A stretch of 64,000 nt of DNA from Hormiphora californensis (taxonomy: Eukaryota > Animalia > Ctenophora). The position numbers were made by a program, and so were the translations under genes. This document shows positions 28,936 to 41,415 of this stretch, piece by piece (within the stretch, counting starts at the first letter, position 1; every line of letters begins with the position of its first letter). The notes under the pieces were generated by a model. That model saw only the letters and a program-made list of their open reading frames with translations. It searched no databases and had not been told where the DNA came from. The stretch is taken from positions 6,448,001 through 6,512,000 of the forward strand of contig CM035353.1 of the NCBI GenBank assembly GCA_020137815.1. Reading direction: 5' to 3'.

Positions 28936-29594
28936 CTACTATAATATGGGCATAATATATGGATTCAATTAAGGAATAACAGGTGATTATTGATTTAAAA
29001 TGTATGTGATATAGAAGCCAGCTGCTGAGGTGCAGCCACCGGCAATTAGGAATCAAAACGAACAACAATTGCAATTTATTGATGGACATTGTTGAATCTT
29101 ACAATGACAGTCCGTTAGAGTTTCTAAACTGTGTATCGCGGTTGTAATCCCCGTGTCATTCCACGGTAACAGTGGACTCCATCAACAAGGGACAATGATA
29201 TAGGATAGTTAAAAACACATCTGTTGGGGTGACAGAAACTACGAAGCTCCACATGATCGTCAGCAACACACCCCCTTCATTCAGTACTAGCCACTAGGGA
29301 ACCCCCTCTTGGACAATACTCAGAGCAGAAACTCCGCTCACTCTGAATTTACAGCACTGTGGGACTACCACCTGCTCAACTACCACCTGACTATTGGAAA
29401 TGATGTGTTGACCACTGCCTAAAGCTAATGGAACAATTTAGGGAAGAAATCCAGAAAGTACCGTCCAAATTGTTCCAATTAAAGATTAAATCACACAACC
29501 AAAAATCACAATATGATTTAATGGGGAACTGTGCGTTCTACTCAACCTATTCTCTAATGGGCCAAGATGGAATTATTTTATTATTATTTTAGAG

Positions 29595-30060
29595 ACTTTC
29601 CCCCGAGCTCCAGGTGAAAGGGAGCACAATAAACAAAAAGATGTTCCTCGCCAACCCTAAAAACAAGCAGTGGTTTGTGGAACACCTGGCGAGTAAACTA
29701 ACCCATTCACTAGTAACTCAAGACGATGTAGATGTGGAAATTGTGAGGGCTTGCATAAATCAGCAAAATGACGTTGTGCTGATTGGTGATGACACCTATA
29801 AGTCCTCCTTATCTACTGGATAAAAGAAAAGCAATTCCAGCACCGAGTTATTATGCACAGACTGTCCTCCAACAGACATTTCCCCTGGAGCTGGCATCAT
29901 GAACAACTGGACTGACGAATATTACCGCTATCTTACGGGTAATATGTTGGCACAAACTATATTAGTAAATTGTAAAATCTGCAAGCACAATATAGCTGTC
30001 TCCAAAAAGGGAGTGCTATGTTCGGCAGTTCATGTTGGAGATTGTACCGGTATAATGGAT
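29595..30060 (+). pseudogene. Academ-like transposon protein remnant (XPG/PIN-like segment + Cys-rich finger)
   Basis: FLANPKNKQWFVEHLASKL...DDVDVEIVRAC...VVLIGDDT, followed by NCKICKH...KKGVLCSA..GDCTG. A related piece lies at ~39955-40060. Confidence 0.55.
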
Positions 30061-30729
30061 AAGATGGAAATAGTTGTTTTATAGTACGTCAACATAACTA
30101 CCGACGGGGGAGGGGGGATATTTTATATCTAACCTATAACCTCTTTAGCTGATGGAGGGTGTGTTTCTCAGGGCGCGACTGAAAGATACTATCATGATGA
30201 AGGAAAATCGGGGCAAGATAAGAAACTGCATCACAGACCATCAGACGGGAAACAAAAGTGGAGGTATCTTTCACAGGATGTCTAGAGGACTTGTGGAGAG
30301 TTCTCTTATCAAACTGAAATTATTTTACTCTTTAAACTCCCATGTACACGTTTTATAGTTTTCTGGCCTTACTTGTCCGCCGGGTTATAAGAATGATGCA
30401 AGATATATATATATAATAGGTGTGCCTCACCTATCAAATCAAAAGCGACAATCCGAAATATATTTGAATCTAATAGGCTCGGAGGAGCGAACGAAAGTTC
30501 TGGAAGTGGCGGTAATATTCCAACGTTCCAATGAAACGTACCCAGACTACAAAGATCGAACCAGCAGTTTGTTTTTGGGATCATTGCAGGGCTACTGCTA
30601 GGCTAAAACTAGGCTAAATACTACTAGCTACTGCTAGGCTAAAACTTTGCATATAACCTTGTGAATAAGGAAAAGTGGGCCTGAAAACTTAATTATACCT
30701 GCTCACATATGACATATCCAATATCCATG

Positions 30730-32885
30730 TATCACTGCGCTGGCAAGCGCAAAGGTGGCCCCATCCAACCCCCCGAAAAAAAAATCCCCCCAAAAACGGC
30801 CCGCTTGCTCACAGCGTATATATAGTTATTTCATACTTTTAGCCCATTTTGGCACTTTTTGACACGCCATAACTCCGGAACCGGATGAGCTAGGAAGCTG
30901 AAATTTTGTACTCAGAAGCTTCTTGTAGACATCTATCGATGGTAAAAATTTCAAGTGGCTAGCTTATTTTGTTCAAAAGTTATAACACCACCCCCAAAAC
31001 AGAAAATTCAGTGTGGGGATAACTAGGTTGATATATACATACTAGAAAGCCCATTGTTAAGTCCTACAACAGCCCCCACTCGTCTCTATGCCCCCCCCCC
31101 TCAATCTTCGTCTCTCCATGTCGGGGTAAAGAATAAGGAGGTTGGTAGTGGTAGAGCGCTGGTGATAATTGATAAACATCAATGGAAATCCCGCTGAATA
31201 ACATGTAGAATCAGGTGATAAAGATCCGTAGAATTGTAGCTGTGTAGAGAATCAACGGGGTACGTAGGTAGAAAGGCTTTGGCAATCATGGCAGCTCCAG
31301 TAGTAGATCCCAAAACACCACAGGAACAATACAGGAACACGCAACAAAGAACCAAAAACATGCACGTGCAGTATCCCCCCACAATCTCCAATACCCCTCC
31401 CTAGGCAACCCCCCCACCATTTGCACGTGTGGATAGGTCATCACCCTCACCACGCCACTCATTTGCAAATTATAATAGAGACTAGAAAGCCCATTGAGAT
31501 CCTACACCCCCCCACCCGTCTCTATGACCCCCCCCCCTCTTACTCTTTGCCTCTCCATGTCGGGGTAAAGAATAGGAAGGTTGGTATAGTGGTAGAGCGA
31601 TGGTGATAATCATCAAGGGAAATCCCGCTGAATAACATGTAGAATCAGGTGATAAAGATCTGTAGAATTGTAGCTTTGTAGGGAATCAACGGGGTACGTA
31701 GGTAGAAAGGCTTTGGCAATCATGGCGGCCCCAGCAGTAGATTCCAAAACACCACAGGAACAACACAGGAACACGAAACAAACAAACAATAGAATGCACG
31801 TGCAGTATCCCCCTCCCAAGCCACCTCCCAGGGCAACCCCCACCATTTGCACGTGAGGATAGGTCATCATACTCCTCATCACGACGTTCATTTGTACTTT
31901 ATAATAAGGACTAGAAAGCCCATTGAAGTAGAGCACCCGTTGACCCGAATCCCCACACTCTTCCTCACCCAGGAGCACCCCTCTCACTCGCTGCACCAAC
32001 CCGCACGTGCAACCTCCCATACCCCTCCCAAAGCACCTCCTTGGCAACCCCCCACCATTTGCACGTGATGATAGGTCACCATCATCACGACGTTCATTTG
32101 CAAATTATAATAAGGATATACATACATAGATGTATAGACGCTTTGTTACCTTCCGTTTGGTCCCAGTTTGAGACGAACCAGACATCGTATGACCTTAAAC
32201 CAAGCGGCATTCGACAGATAATTGTCTCGTGCATGTACCCATTCCGGTGGCGACTCTCCATCTTGCCTATGACGCGCGCAATGACGTCACGAGTGACGTC
32301 ATTGCGCGAGACCGACTAAATTTTTTCAAACGCCTCTAGCACCCTGAAGACGTGTTCCGATTTCTGATTTGACAAAAAATCGTTACCGGCAAATCGTCTG
32401 AACTTTCAGATACTTTGTTGCGAATTTTCGTAGCTCATCATTTTGATCCCTTAAATCGCGTCGGAAGTCAAAAATTTGACGAAAAATTCAGCAAATTGAA
32501 CGTTTTTCTAGCAAAAACTTCATTTCCTGACCACTGTGGTCAATGAAACTTTACAAGCTCCTTTGGGGTATTTATTCAAAATATATCGTGATGCAATTAC
32601 GTCGTTACGACGTCACTAATTACGTCACATGACGTCATAATTACGTCTAAAATACGATTTTCACAGAAATTCGTCTCGTTTCTCATATATTGCATTATTT
32701 CGACAATATTACATTATGAAATAATGTCTTGCTGCGATTAAAAACCAAAAAGGGACCTAAATTAAGCCAAAAACTAATTGAATTAGTTGGCGGGAAAGGT
32801 GGCCCACTTACACCTTTGCCTGCTGCCGGGATCAGGGATATAAGAGGTGAATACAATGTAATAAGACAGTGAAAGAGAGCGTGAT

Positions 32886-32947
<62 letters not shown>

Positions 32948-33103
32948 AGAGAGGGATAGAACGAATAGGAATAAGTTACCCTTGAAAAATAAGAGATTGA
33001 GATACCGAGGGAGAGAATGAGATTTCGTGGTGAATCCCAGCAGAAGCAAAAGGTGTAAGTGGGCCACCTTTCCCGCCAACTAATTCAATTAGTTTTTGGC
33101 TTA
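30730..33103 (-). mobile_element. HINE/DINE-like element copy 2, carrying a 3-unit Helitron array
   Basis: Reverse complement of 1939-3160 on both sides of an insert at 31042-32116. The empty site CCATGT|ATAGACTA is seen in the paralogous repeats near 35660 and 36490. Confidence 0.75.
31042..32116 (-). mobile_element. Head-to-tail array of 3 non-autonomous Helitron units
   Basis: Minus-strand units 32116-31911 (206 bp), 31910-31482 (429 bp) and 31481-31042 (440 bp). Each starts TC(C/T)..ATTATAA and ends CAATGGGCTTTCTAG. The array sits between A and T with no TSD. Confidence 0.75.
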
Positions 33104-33461
33104 ATAGACTATAAGTTTTAATCAGTTTTCTCTTCTCAGACTCAGGGTGACAAGATTGTTTGCAAATTCTGTGAGAAATCGGGATACACGTGGAAAGACA
33201 CCGATTTGACGAGAGAAAACAACAAGCGAAACCCCAAATGGTCGACCATTCTCTATAACATGTGAATACGGAAAAGTTGGCCTGAAAACTTTTTCAAGAA
33301 CAACAGCCTTACCTTGCAAAATTACCACTTACCAGGGCGGTCTCCTGCTGGTAATCAAGTTGAAAAGCTGTTAGAACCGAGGATAACAGCTGTATTTAGA
33401 AAAATAAAATAAAATGCAATTACCATTGCCCATTACCTAGCACCTGCAGTTAGCCAAACAT

Positions 33462-34004
33462 TTGGCCACATTGATGCCTGAGTGAGATCGAGGTCGCGCA
33501 GCGACCGAGATCGATCTCACATCTAGGCCTCCGGCGCGTTATTGATTTTAGAGCAAACTTTTTCAAAGACCTGGCTGCAAGGAACTACTCAACCGATTTG
33601 CATCTCGTTTGTTGCTCCTGGCAGACAATTGTCTCTAGTTTCACGGAAAATACCCGCGAGTATCAGCATTTGAGGAATAGTGGGTCAAAATTGACGCTAA
33701 ACATGAGCAATTCTTTAAAGACCTGGCTGCAAGCTCCTACTCGGTCCTGGGACAATCTGCGGGTACTGGGGGAATCGTCATGGCCTTGTGAGTATGGGAA
33801 AATACCCGCCGATTCATCACGATGCGAAATGAGGCCATAATTGACCTTTGAGTAGTGCTAGGTCAGCTAAAAAGGTCTCCAAAAACGGTCTATCACGCGC
33901 GATCTGCTGAAAACGTGCTTTATATCGCGCGCACGTGAGTTCTTGCTCTCAACGGGCCGGCATCCTATTATTCGCGGAGCGAGAATAGGATGCGATGGAT
34001 CCAA
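33462..34004. mobile_element. 543-bp insertion with 9-10-bp TSD, TTGG...CCAA ends and subterminal hairpins (MULE-like or unclassified)
   Basis: (A)GCCAAACAT is duplicated at 33453-33461 and 34005-34013. The empty site is present at ~35992-36001. Confidence 0.75.
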
Positions 34005-34502
34005 GCCAAACATGAAGTGTGTCGTTCCCGGATGCTCGTTAGAAGGAACCCATCATTTCGCAGCAAATCCGGTTTCGCGACAATCACTGAGCAACATGCA
34101 TGGATATTCATGACATTGCATCTCAATTAGTTGTAATTTATTAACTTGGACCACATAGAAATCCATTACCCATCGAGCGTTATATATATACTATGAAGCT
34201 TTCTGTAAACACTAAACACATAAGTAATAAATGAAACGTACCCAGACTACAAAGATCCAGCCGTTTGTTTTTGGGATCATTGCATCACCAGGGCTACTAC
34301 CCTATCAAAAACCAAAGAGAAAGAGCCTACACGACCAGAACCCCTCCCCAAAGAATGGAAAACGTGTGTTGACCCCACCAGGGTCAAATCAGCCGAACAA
34401 GTCAAGGACCTGGAAATTTTCGGGTTTGAGGTAATTACTTTAAATTACACCGGCTCTTTAGTCTTTACAATTAGTAATTATACCTGCTCACATACGACAT
34501 AT

Positions 34503-35645
34503 GGACATGATCATAAAGTCGGGACACTTTTGCAAGGTTCAGTTAGTTGGCCATAATGGATGCTGATCCACATAATGGATTCTGATCCACCAGACTAACT
34601 AATTCGAAATCGTCCAACGAATATTTTCATGAAAAGTGGATCATTTTTGATCCACAGGTTTAGAAGATACAGCTTGTCAAAGTGATGTGGATCAATTTGT
34701 GTGGATCAGCCTCCTCAACCGAAACAAAGCAGAGTTTAACACTTGCCGTCTTGGATTCCATTAGAGTTTTATCATCCAAACATTCTTACTTGAAATTTAG
34801 AACAAAATTGCTCAACCTATGTGGATCACACCCTTTTTAGTGCTTTATAACGACTCAACCGGGTGAAAACTCAGTTATTGAATTTCGATTCTGGTCTAGA
34901 AGGGAAGAGGAGATTCTTCTGGTAATAGATAGCCCCCTAATTTAGTTCTAGGGTGACTCAACTCATGTGGATTTTCAATTGAATGACCTAAGGTCAATAT
35001 TAAAGGAACGTATTTGATGTCAAATTGATCCACAAATGAGTTCAAACTAATCTTAAAACACCTTTTATGGCTAACCTACCGATACCAGTGCCCATACAAT
35101 GCCATTCGGTGGCTGTAGCTCAACCCAGGTGGATCAAACCAATTTTGTTGAAAAAAGTCAAATTTCGGGTCAAAATAAGGAAATCCACATCGGTTGAGCA
35201 TCTAAAATGGGTCAATATGGTAGGAGATACCCCTTCAGGACATTATGAAAGCTAAAAGTTGGGTTATAGTGCGATTTTTACCGTGTTTTACTGACTTTTA
35301 AGTTTGGCGACTGAAAAATCCACCTCAGTTGAGTAATTCGCGACTCGACCAAGATTACGCTAGTTTAGTATACGTTTCTCTGTCGAATCCATGTAACAAC
35401 CAACCAAAATTTCAAACTGTATGCTCTCCAGCAGAGATTTTATAAATGTTGTTCTGTGATCCACATAAGTTGAGTTATCAAGTTTTTGCTTATCAAACGG
35501 TAAGGTTTTAACATTTTCATGTCTGCTCCTGAATTTTTGTGGATCTAAGATGAAAATAAATGCCTCAAATTGAGTTTTCAAAAATTTTGGTCGAAATTTA
35601 AAAAAAATAAAATCTCAAAAATGTCCCGACTTTATGATCATGTCC
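34503..35645. mobile_element. Non-autonomous TIR element, ATAT (or TA) TSD
   Basis: GGACATGATCATAAAGTCGGGACA ... TGTCCCGACTTTATGATCATGTCC. The empty site CATACGAC-ATAT-GACATATCC is at ~36471-36491. Confidence 0.85.
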
Positions 35646-36513
35646 ATATGACATATCCATGTATAGACTATAAGTTTTAATCAGTTTTCTCTTCTCAGAC
35701 TCAGGGTGACAAGATTGTTTGCAAATTCTGTGAGAAATCGGGATACACATGAAATGACACCGATTTGACAAGAGAAAACAACAAGCGAAACCCCAAATGG
35801 TCGACCATTCTCTATAACATGTGAATACGGAAAAGTGGGCCTGAAAACTTCTTCAAGAAAAATTACCACTTACCAGGGCGGTTTCCTGCTGGTAATCAAG
35901 TTGAAAAGCTGTTAGAACCGAGGATCACAGCTGTATTTAGAAAATAAAATAAAATGCAATTGCCATTGCCCATTGCCTAGCACCTGCAGTTAGCCAAACA
36001 TGAAGTGTGTCGTTCCTGGATGCTCGTTAGAAGGAACCCATCATTTCGCAGCAAATCACTGAGCAACATTTGTGTCATGCATGGGTATTTATGACATTAC
36101 ATTTCAATTAGTTGTAATTTATTAACTTGGACCACATAGAAATCCATCACCCATCGAGCGTTATATATACATATATTAATACTATGAAGCTTTCTGTAAA
36201 CACATAAGTAATAAATGAAGCGTACCCAGACAAAGATCCAGCCGTTTGTTTTTGGGATCATTGCATCACCAGGGCTACTACCCTATCAAAAACCAAAGAG
36301 AAAGAGCCTACACGACCAGAACCCCTACCCAAAGAATGGAAAACGTGTGTTGACCCCACCAGGGTCAAATCAGCCGAACAAGTCAAGGACCTGGAAATTT
36401 TCGGGTTTGAGGTAATTACTTATTACACCGGCTCTTTAGTCTTTACAATTAGTAATTATATACCTGCTCACATACGACATATGACATATCCATGTATAGA
36501 CTATAAGTTTTAA

Positions 36514-36982
36514 AGTGAGAGTGGACCGGATCAGAATTGAACAAGTTTGTTGTAGGTAGTAGATAATATCTTTCTGAGCATTTTGCGTTTTTGCCGCTCA
36601 AAATCGGCCCACCCATCATTGAGATATTTTTGTTATGTTGGGAGAATTTCTGCTGGATCAATATTTATCAAACAGGATAGAAACAATCCTTGTGTTTTAC
36701 TAACACATTCTTTAAATTTTTAATATGCTGGCTTGCATTGCCCTTCTTCTGTGCATGGACATGTCAACCTCACTACTTATATTCAGAATGTGTTAATAAA
36801 ACACCACGATTGTTTCTATTCTGTTTTATACATACTGATTAAACAGGAGTTCTCCCAACATAACAAAAATATCTCAGTGATGGGTGGGTCGATTTTGAGC
36901 GGCAAAAACGCAAAATGCTCAGAAAGCTAATCTCTACTACCTACAACAAACTTGTCCAATTCTGATTCGGTCCACTCTCACT
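36514..36982. mobile_element. Foldback MITE with TTAA TSD and AG...CT ends (Kolobok-like)
   Basis: TTAA-AGTGAGAGTGGACCG...CGGTCCACTCTCACT-TTAA with ~200-bp arms. The empty site GTTTTAATCAG is in the paralogous units. Confidence 0.85.
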
Positions 36983-37947
36983 TTAATCAGTTTTCTCTCC
37001 TCAGACTCAGGGTGACAAGATTGTTTGCAAATTCTGTGAGAAATCGGGATACACATGAAAAGACACCGATTTGACGAGAGAAAACAACAAGCAAAACCCC
37101 AAATGGTCGACCATTCTCTATAACATGTGAATTAATTTATTTACATGTAAGGAAAAGTGGGCCTGAAAAATTTTTCAAGAACAACAGTCTTACCTTGAAA
37201 AATTACCACTTACCAGGGCGGTTTCCTGCTGGTACCTAGGATCACAGCTGTATTTAGAAGAAGAAAATGCAATTACCATTGCCCATTACCTAGCACCTGC
37301 AGGTAGCTAAACATGAAGTGTGTCGTTCCCGGATGCTCGTTAGAAGGAACCCATCGTGTCCCAGTGAGCAACATGTGTCATGTATGGATATTTATGACAT
37401 TGCATCTCAATTAGTTGTAATTTATTAACTTGGACCACATAGAAATATATAATATAAAGCTTAATAAAGTACAAAGTCCACCCACCAAACCTCAAACCAA
37501 GCAACAAAAGATTCACCGATTCTTCAGCAGACCGGTGGACAAGAGAATCCAGTGTCATCTCGCGGGTGTCATCTCGCCTTCTATGGGCCTACTCATGCTT
37601 ATCTCCGAGGTGAGGCCTCACACCACATGTTTAAAAGGAAGAAGCCAGTCCCGACCTCGGATGCTGAACGACAACTATTAGAAAACAGGAACCCTGCCTT
37701 CATTAAGTATTAAACCAAGCCTATTATCAGCAGATCAAGGAGATGAGTTGACGCTGAAAAGATATTTTTGATGAAACAGTGCAAAGAGTATGGCAATGAG
37801 AAAATAACCGCCATAAAATGTTCTTACAATCAATAAACTAGTTTTATAATGTCTGAGTAAAGCAGGCAAGTATGCAACACTTTACCAGATAAGGAAAAAA
37901 CCCCATCTCTGCTTACTTTTTACTGCATATATAATAATCCCCAGCAC

Positions 37948-38139
37948 TCAAAATGAGGTGGACTGGGGGATAGGAGTTGTACTACATTTTGGACAGCGAA
38001 ACTCAGCCTCGTTAGTCTTGCCTTCCTTGTAGAAAATTAGCCTTATTTCCGAGCATTTGGGACACTGCCGAGACCTGGAAAATGTTAGCTGAGAGAGGGA
38101 ACGAGATTGAGAGGGCAGATAGGGGCAGAAATACAGCAC
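37948..38139 (-). pseudogene. Zinc-ribbon fragment, possibly a Merlin/IS1595-type transposase N-terminus
   Basis: RQCPKCSEIRLIF...EFRCPKC (two CxxC pairs). Confidence 0.3.
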
Positions 38140-40999
38140 TGCGCCTGCATGCGATGGAAATTAACATCCTTAGCATGGACTATTAATTGCATATTGCGAT
38201 TAGTGGAGGGGACAGGAGGGGGACAGGAGGACATGACTATCTAGGGACTGCGGGGGGTTGAAATCACCGGCTGTACGATAAGATTCAGAGTGTTCTTCAC
38301 ATATTTGGCAAGACATCCCTTACCCTGACAGTTTGGTCATCTTATGGATATTACACTGCTGACATACCAGCTGAACCCTGCTATGTACAGAAACTGGAGC
38401 GATATGTTCAGTTATTCATGCTAGAAGTTGTGCCCGTGTTAAGGCGAATACAATGCAATGACTGAATTTTTATTCCCATGTACTACTACTAGACAATTTA
38501 CAGTTTATAGTTGTACCTGCTGATAAGTTGAAACAATGATTTGTTAATTAACATTTTGGATACATAAACAGAAATGCAATTACCATTACCAATAGCTAAC
38601 TAAACATGAAGTGTGCCGTTCCCGGATGCTCGTTAGAAGGAACCCAATAAATAAATAATAATAAATAAATAATGATAAACTACTTCGTCCTTGATACGAT
38701 TACAGTTTCAATTCAATAGTTTATAGAGTTGTGATAATTAATTACATATTGTTGATTATATTATTCACACCAGTTGTGTGGGTGGATGACGGGTGTCCGA
38801 ATTATATTTGAACCTAATCGGCTCGGAGAAGCGAAAGAAGATTCTGGAAGTAGGTGGTAATATCATGACGCCATGAGTAGTTCCAATGAAAATTGAAACG
38901 TACCCAGACTACAAGGATCAAACCAGCCATTTGTTTTTTGGGATGATTGCATCACCAGGGCTACTGCTAGGCTAGAACTTTGCATATAACCTTGTGAAAT
39001 AGGTAAAGTGAAAACTTCTTCCAGAAGGACAGCATTGCCTTGAACAACTAACAGAACGGGTTTTTGCTAGAAGGTAATCAAGTGGAGAAGTTGCTCCAAC
39101 CTAGGATCACAGCCGCCCTCAAACAGCTGCAAGGTCATTGTCGACTGTCGACCAAGATGACCACTGTATCCAACACATCTGACACCATCAAGAAATACTG
39201 TGCTGCTGCTGACGCTGTTGGTACGACTATGGATCGTAATCTGTTCCTGACAAATGGTATACTCCCACCAGCCTACCATAGACATGATAACACAGAATCT
39301 TCCTGCCGAAAGTGTGGCACACCTCACACTTCTGGCTTGTAGTGAAGCGTTTGTGAGTGGAGGGATCTCTTTTGCTTTGCTTTGGATTAACCCGTGTTAC
39401 AGGTGGATTTAGAGAGCGATTTTAGCCGCCTAGGGATATGATAGAATATAATAACTAACAAGATGTGATTAAAATAAGAAAACGATGATAAAAAGATGAT
39501 TTAATGATGAGTCAACAAATTCTGATGAAATGAAGAAACAATGATGTAAGTATATAATATGTCGTAGATGCGTGTTTTAGATTTTCCATCTTCCCTGACC
39601 ATGAGGATAAGTTGGCGGTATTTGAGAGGAAGTTCAGGGATGTCCAAGCATCACACCCTATTAATGAGACCCCGAAACTACATACAATTTCCACACATCA
39701 GTGATCACAATTTCAGTGAGTATATTGGACAATTATTGGACGATTACTACTGTCTAATACTGTCTAATACTGTCTAATACTCAGATATAATGAAATTGAA
39801 TTATATATTTTAGAAAAGTCTTCACCACTAACGTCTAACATTTAAAGAACGTGCACATGATAAGAAAACCAAAGGCAAAGGGGGTGGCCAAACATCCTGG
39901 AGCTGGAATAATGAGTAACTGGAATGGCGAGGAATACCGCTACCTTAATTGTGATAATATGTTGGCACAAACTATTAGTGAATTGTAAAATCTACCAGAA
40001 CAACACACTTCAAAACATGAAGCGCTATCTCCATGGCTATCCATGTTGGAGATAAAATTTCAATGACAACCATGTCATCCAGTGTGTGTGCTGTCAGACC
40101 AACAAGACCCATGTACTGTGGCTGACCTGGCCTACCTTCATAATGAGATGACAAAGATCGGATATATCGCCATGGGGATGTTTTTAAGTGCATCTTGTAT
40201 ACTATTGAGGGCTTCATGGACCATGTACTGGCAGTTTATGAACGGATTGAAAGAGTGTGGTATGCGAAGTCCTTCTTTGATACTTGGGAAAAGAAGGTCC
40301 AGAGACAGAATTTCATCACCCTACTGAAGCAGTGCAGAAAGTTTAGGGCACTACTCCTAACTGGGACCGGGACAAAGGAAGAATGGTTGCGTATCAGGGG
40401 TAGTACAGTGTGCTAGGCCGTGACACAATTCCCCGGTGTAGCATTACGATGGACGAGGTGTTGAAGAAAAGTGGGATCGACACTTGTGTCATCTTCGTTG
40501 CTGGGGAACTCCGGGCCGGCGTAAGTGATAGTTTGTCCGTAGTTCAGTAATAATATACTTCAGTCTGTGGCAACTGTGGAAAATACAGACGCGAAGAAGG
40601 TTAAAAACCTTTGAGAGAACACCAAGTCACGTTACTACAAGATGAACAGGCAGAACCCTACAGATATTTTCGGTGATTAAAAGGGTGTATCCATACATGA
40701 AGTATAAAGACTTGTTAAATTATGGATTTAATAAGAATTACAGAAAATATATATGGCGTTTGCGGTGGGGGTGCTAGAGATGGTGACTATCCTAGTCACA
40801 CCACTCCTGGCAATCAATAGGGGCCATATATCAGGAAACAGTGACTAACTATACCAATGATAGGTAGCCAATCAACAGAATATTCTTTAATTTTTAGATT
40901 ATCTAAATATGATTACTAGGGGCCTGGCCTCTATCCTTTCCTAAAATCAATCAACATCAGCATTGAGCCATACCATGGTGGAAATCAGCTGGAGGGAAA

Positions 41000-41260
41000 C
41001 GCAGTTAGCCATTTGTTTAAACTGTCTACGGGATTTTAAAGATGTAGTAGAGGCGTGCTCAACTCCGATTATGTCTCGATAATAGATAAGTTTAGGGACA
41101 GCTTCAACTACATGATTTGTTCGGGGTAACGGAAACAACATAGCTGCATACAATACCACATTACACGCTTCATCGAGCACACTGGAACACACCTTGGACA
41201 ATACTCTGAGCAGGCGGTAGAAACAGCTCACAAGTTTCGAGCGCTGTGGGATGAAAAGGG
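41000..41260 (+). pseudogene. Transib/Chapaev-type transposase fragment with catalytic Glu region; related copy at ~29100-29350
   Basis: LNCLRDFKDVVEAC...DYVSIIDKFRDSF and GTHLGQYSEQAVETAHKF (LG.YSEQ..E..H motif). Confidence 0.55.
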
Positions 41261-41415
41261 AGAACCCTACAGACATTCCATGACCTGAAGCGTTGCTGCG
41301 ACGGATTGGTGCTGGGGCCATAGGCAATCATAAAACATGTAAGGGGCAAATTGGAACAAGTATGAAACTAGAAATGGTTAATTAGAAGTTCTAGTTCCTA
41401 TTCCCTAGCTATCTT

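Larger units (their letters stand above)
30400..39130 (+). repeat. Tandem array of a ~0.87-kb unit (4-5 degenerate copies) with a THAP-like N-terminal remnant
   Basis: Repeated blocks TCAGTTTTCTC.TC(T)CAGACTCAGGG at 33122, 35681 and 36987. MKC(V/A)VPGCSLEGT ORF starts at 34012, 36000, 37313 and 38606 (C-x4-C...H.F, THAP-like, all broken). Confidence 0.75.
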
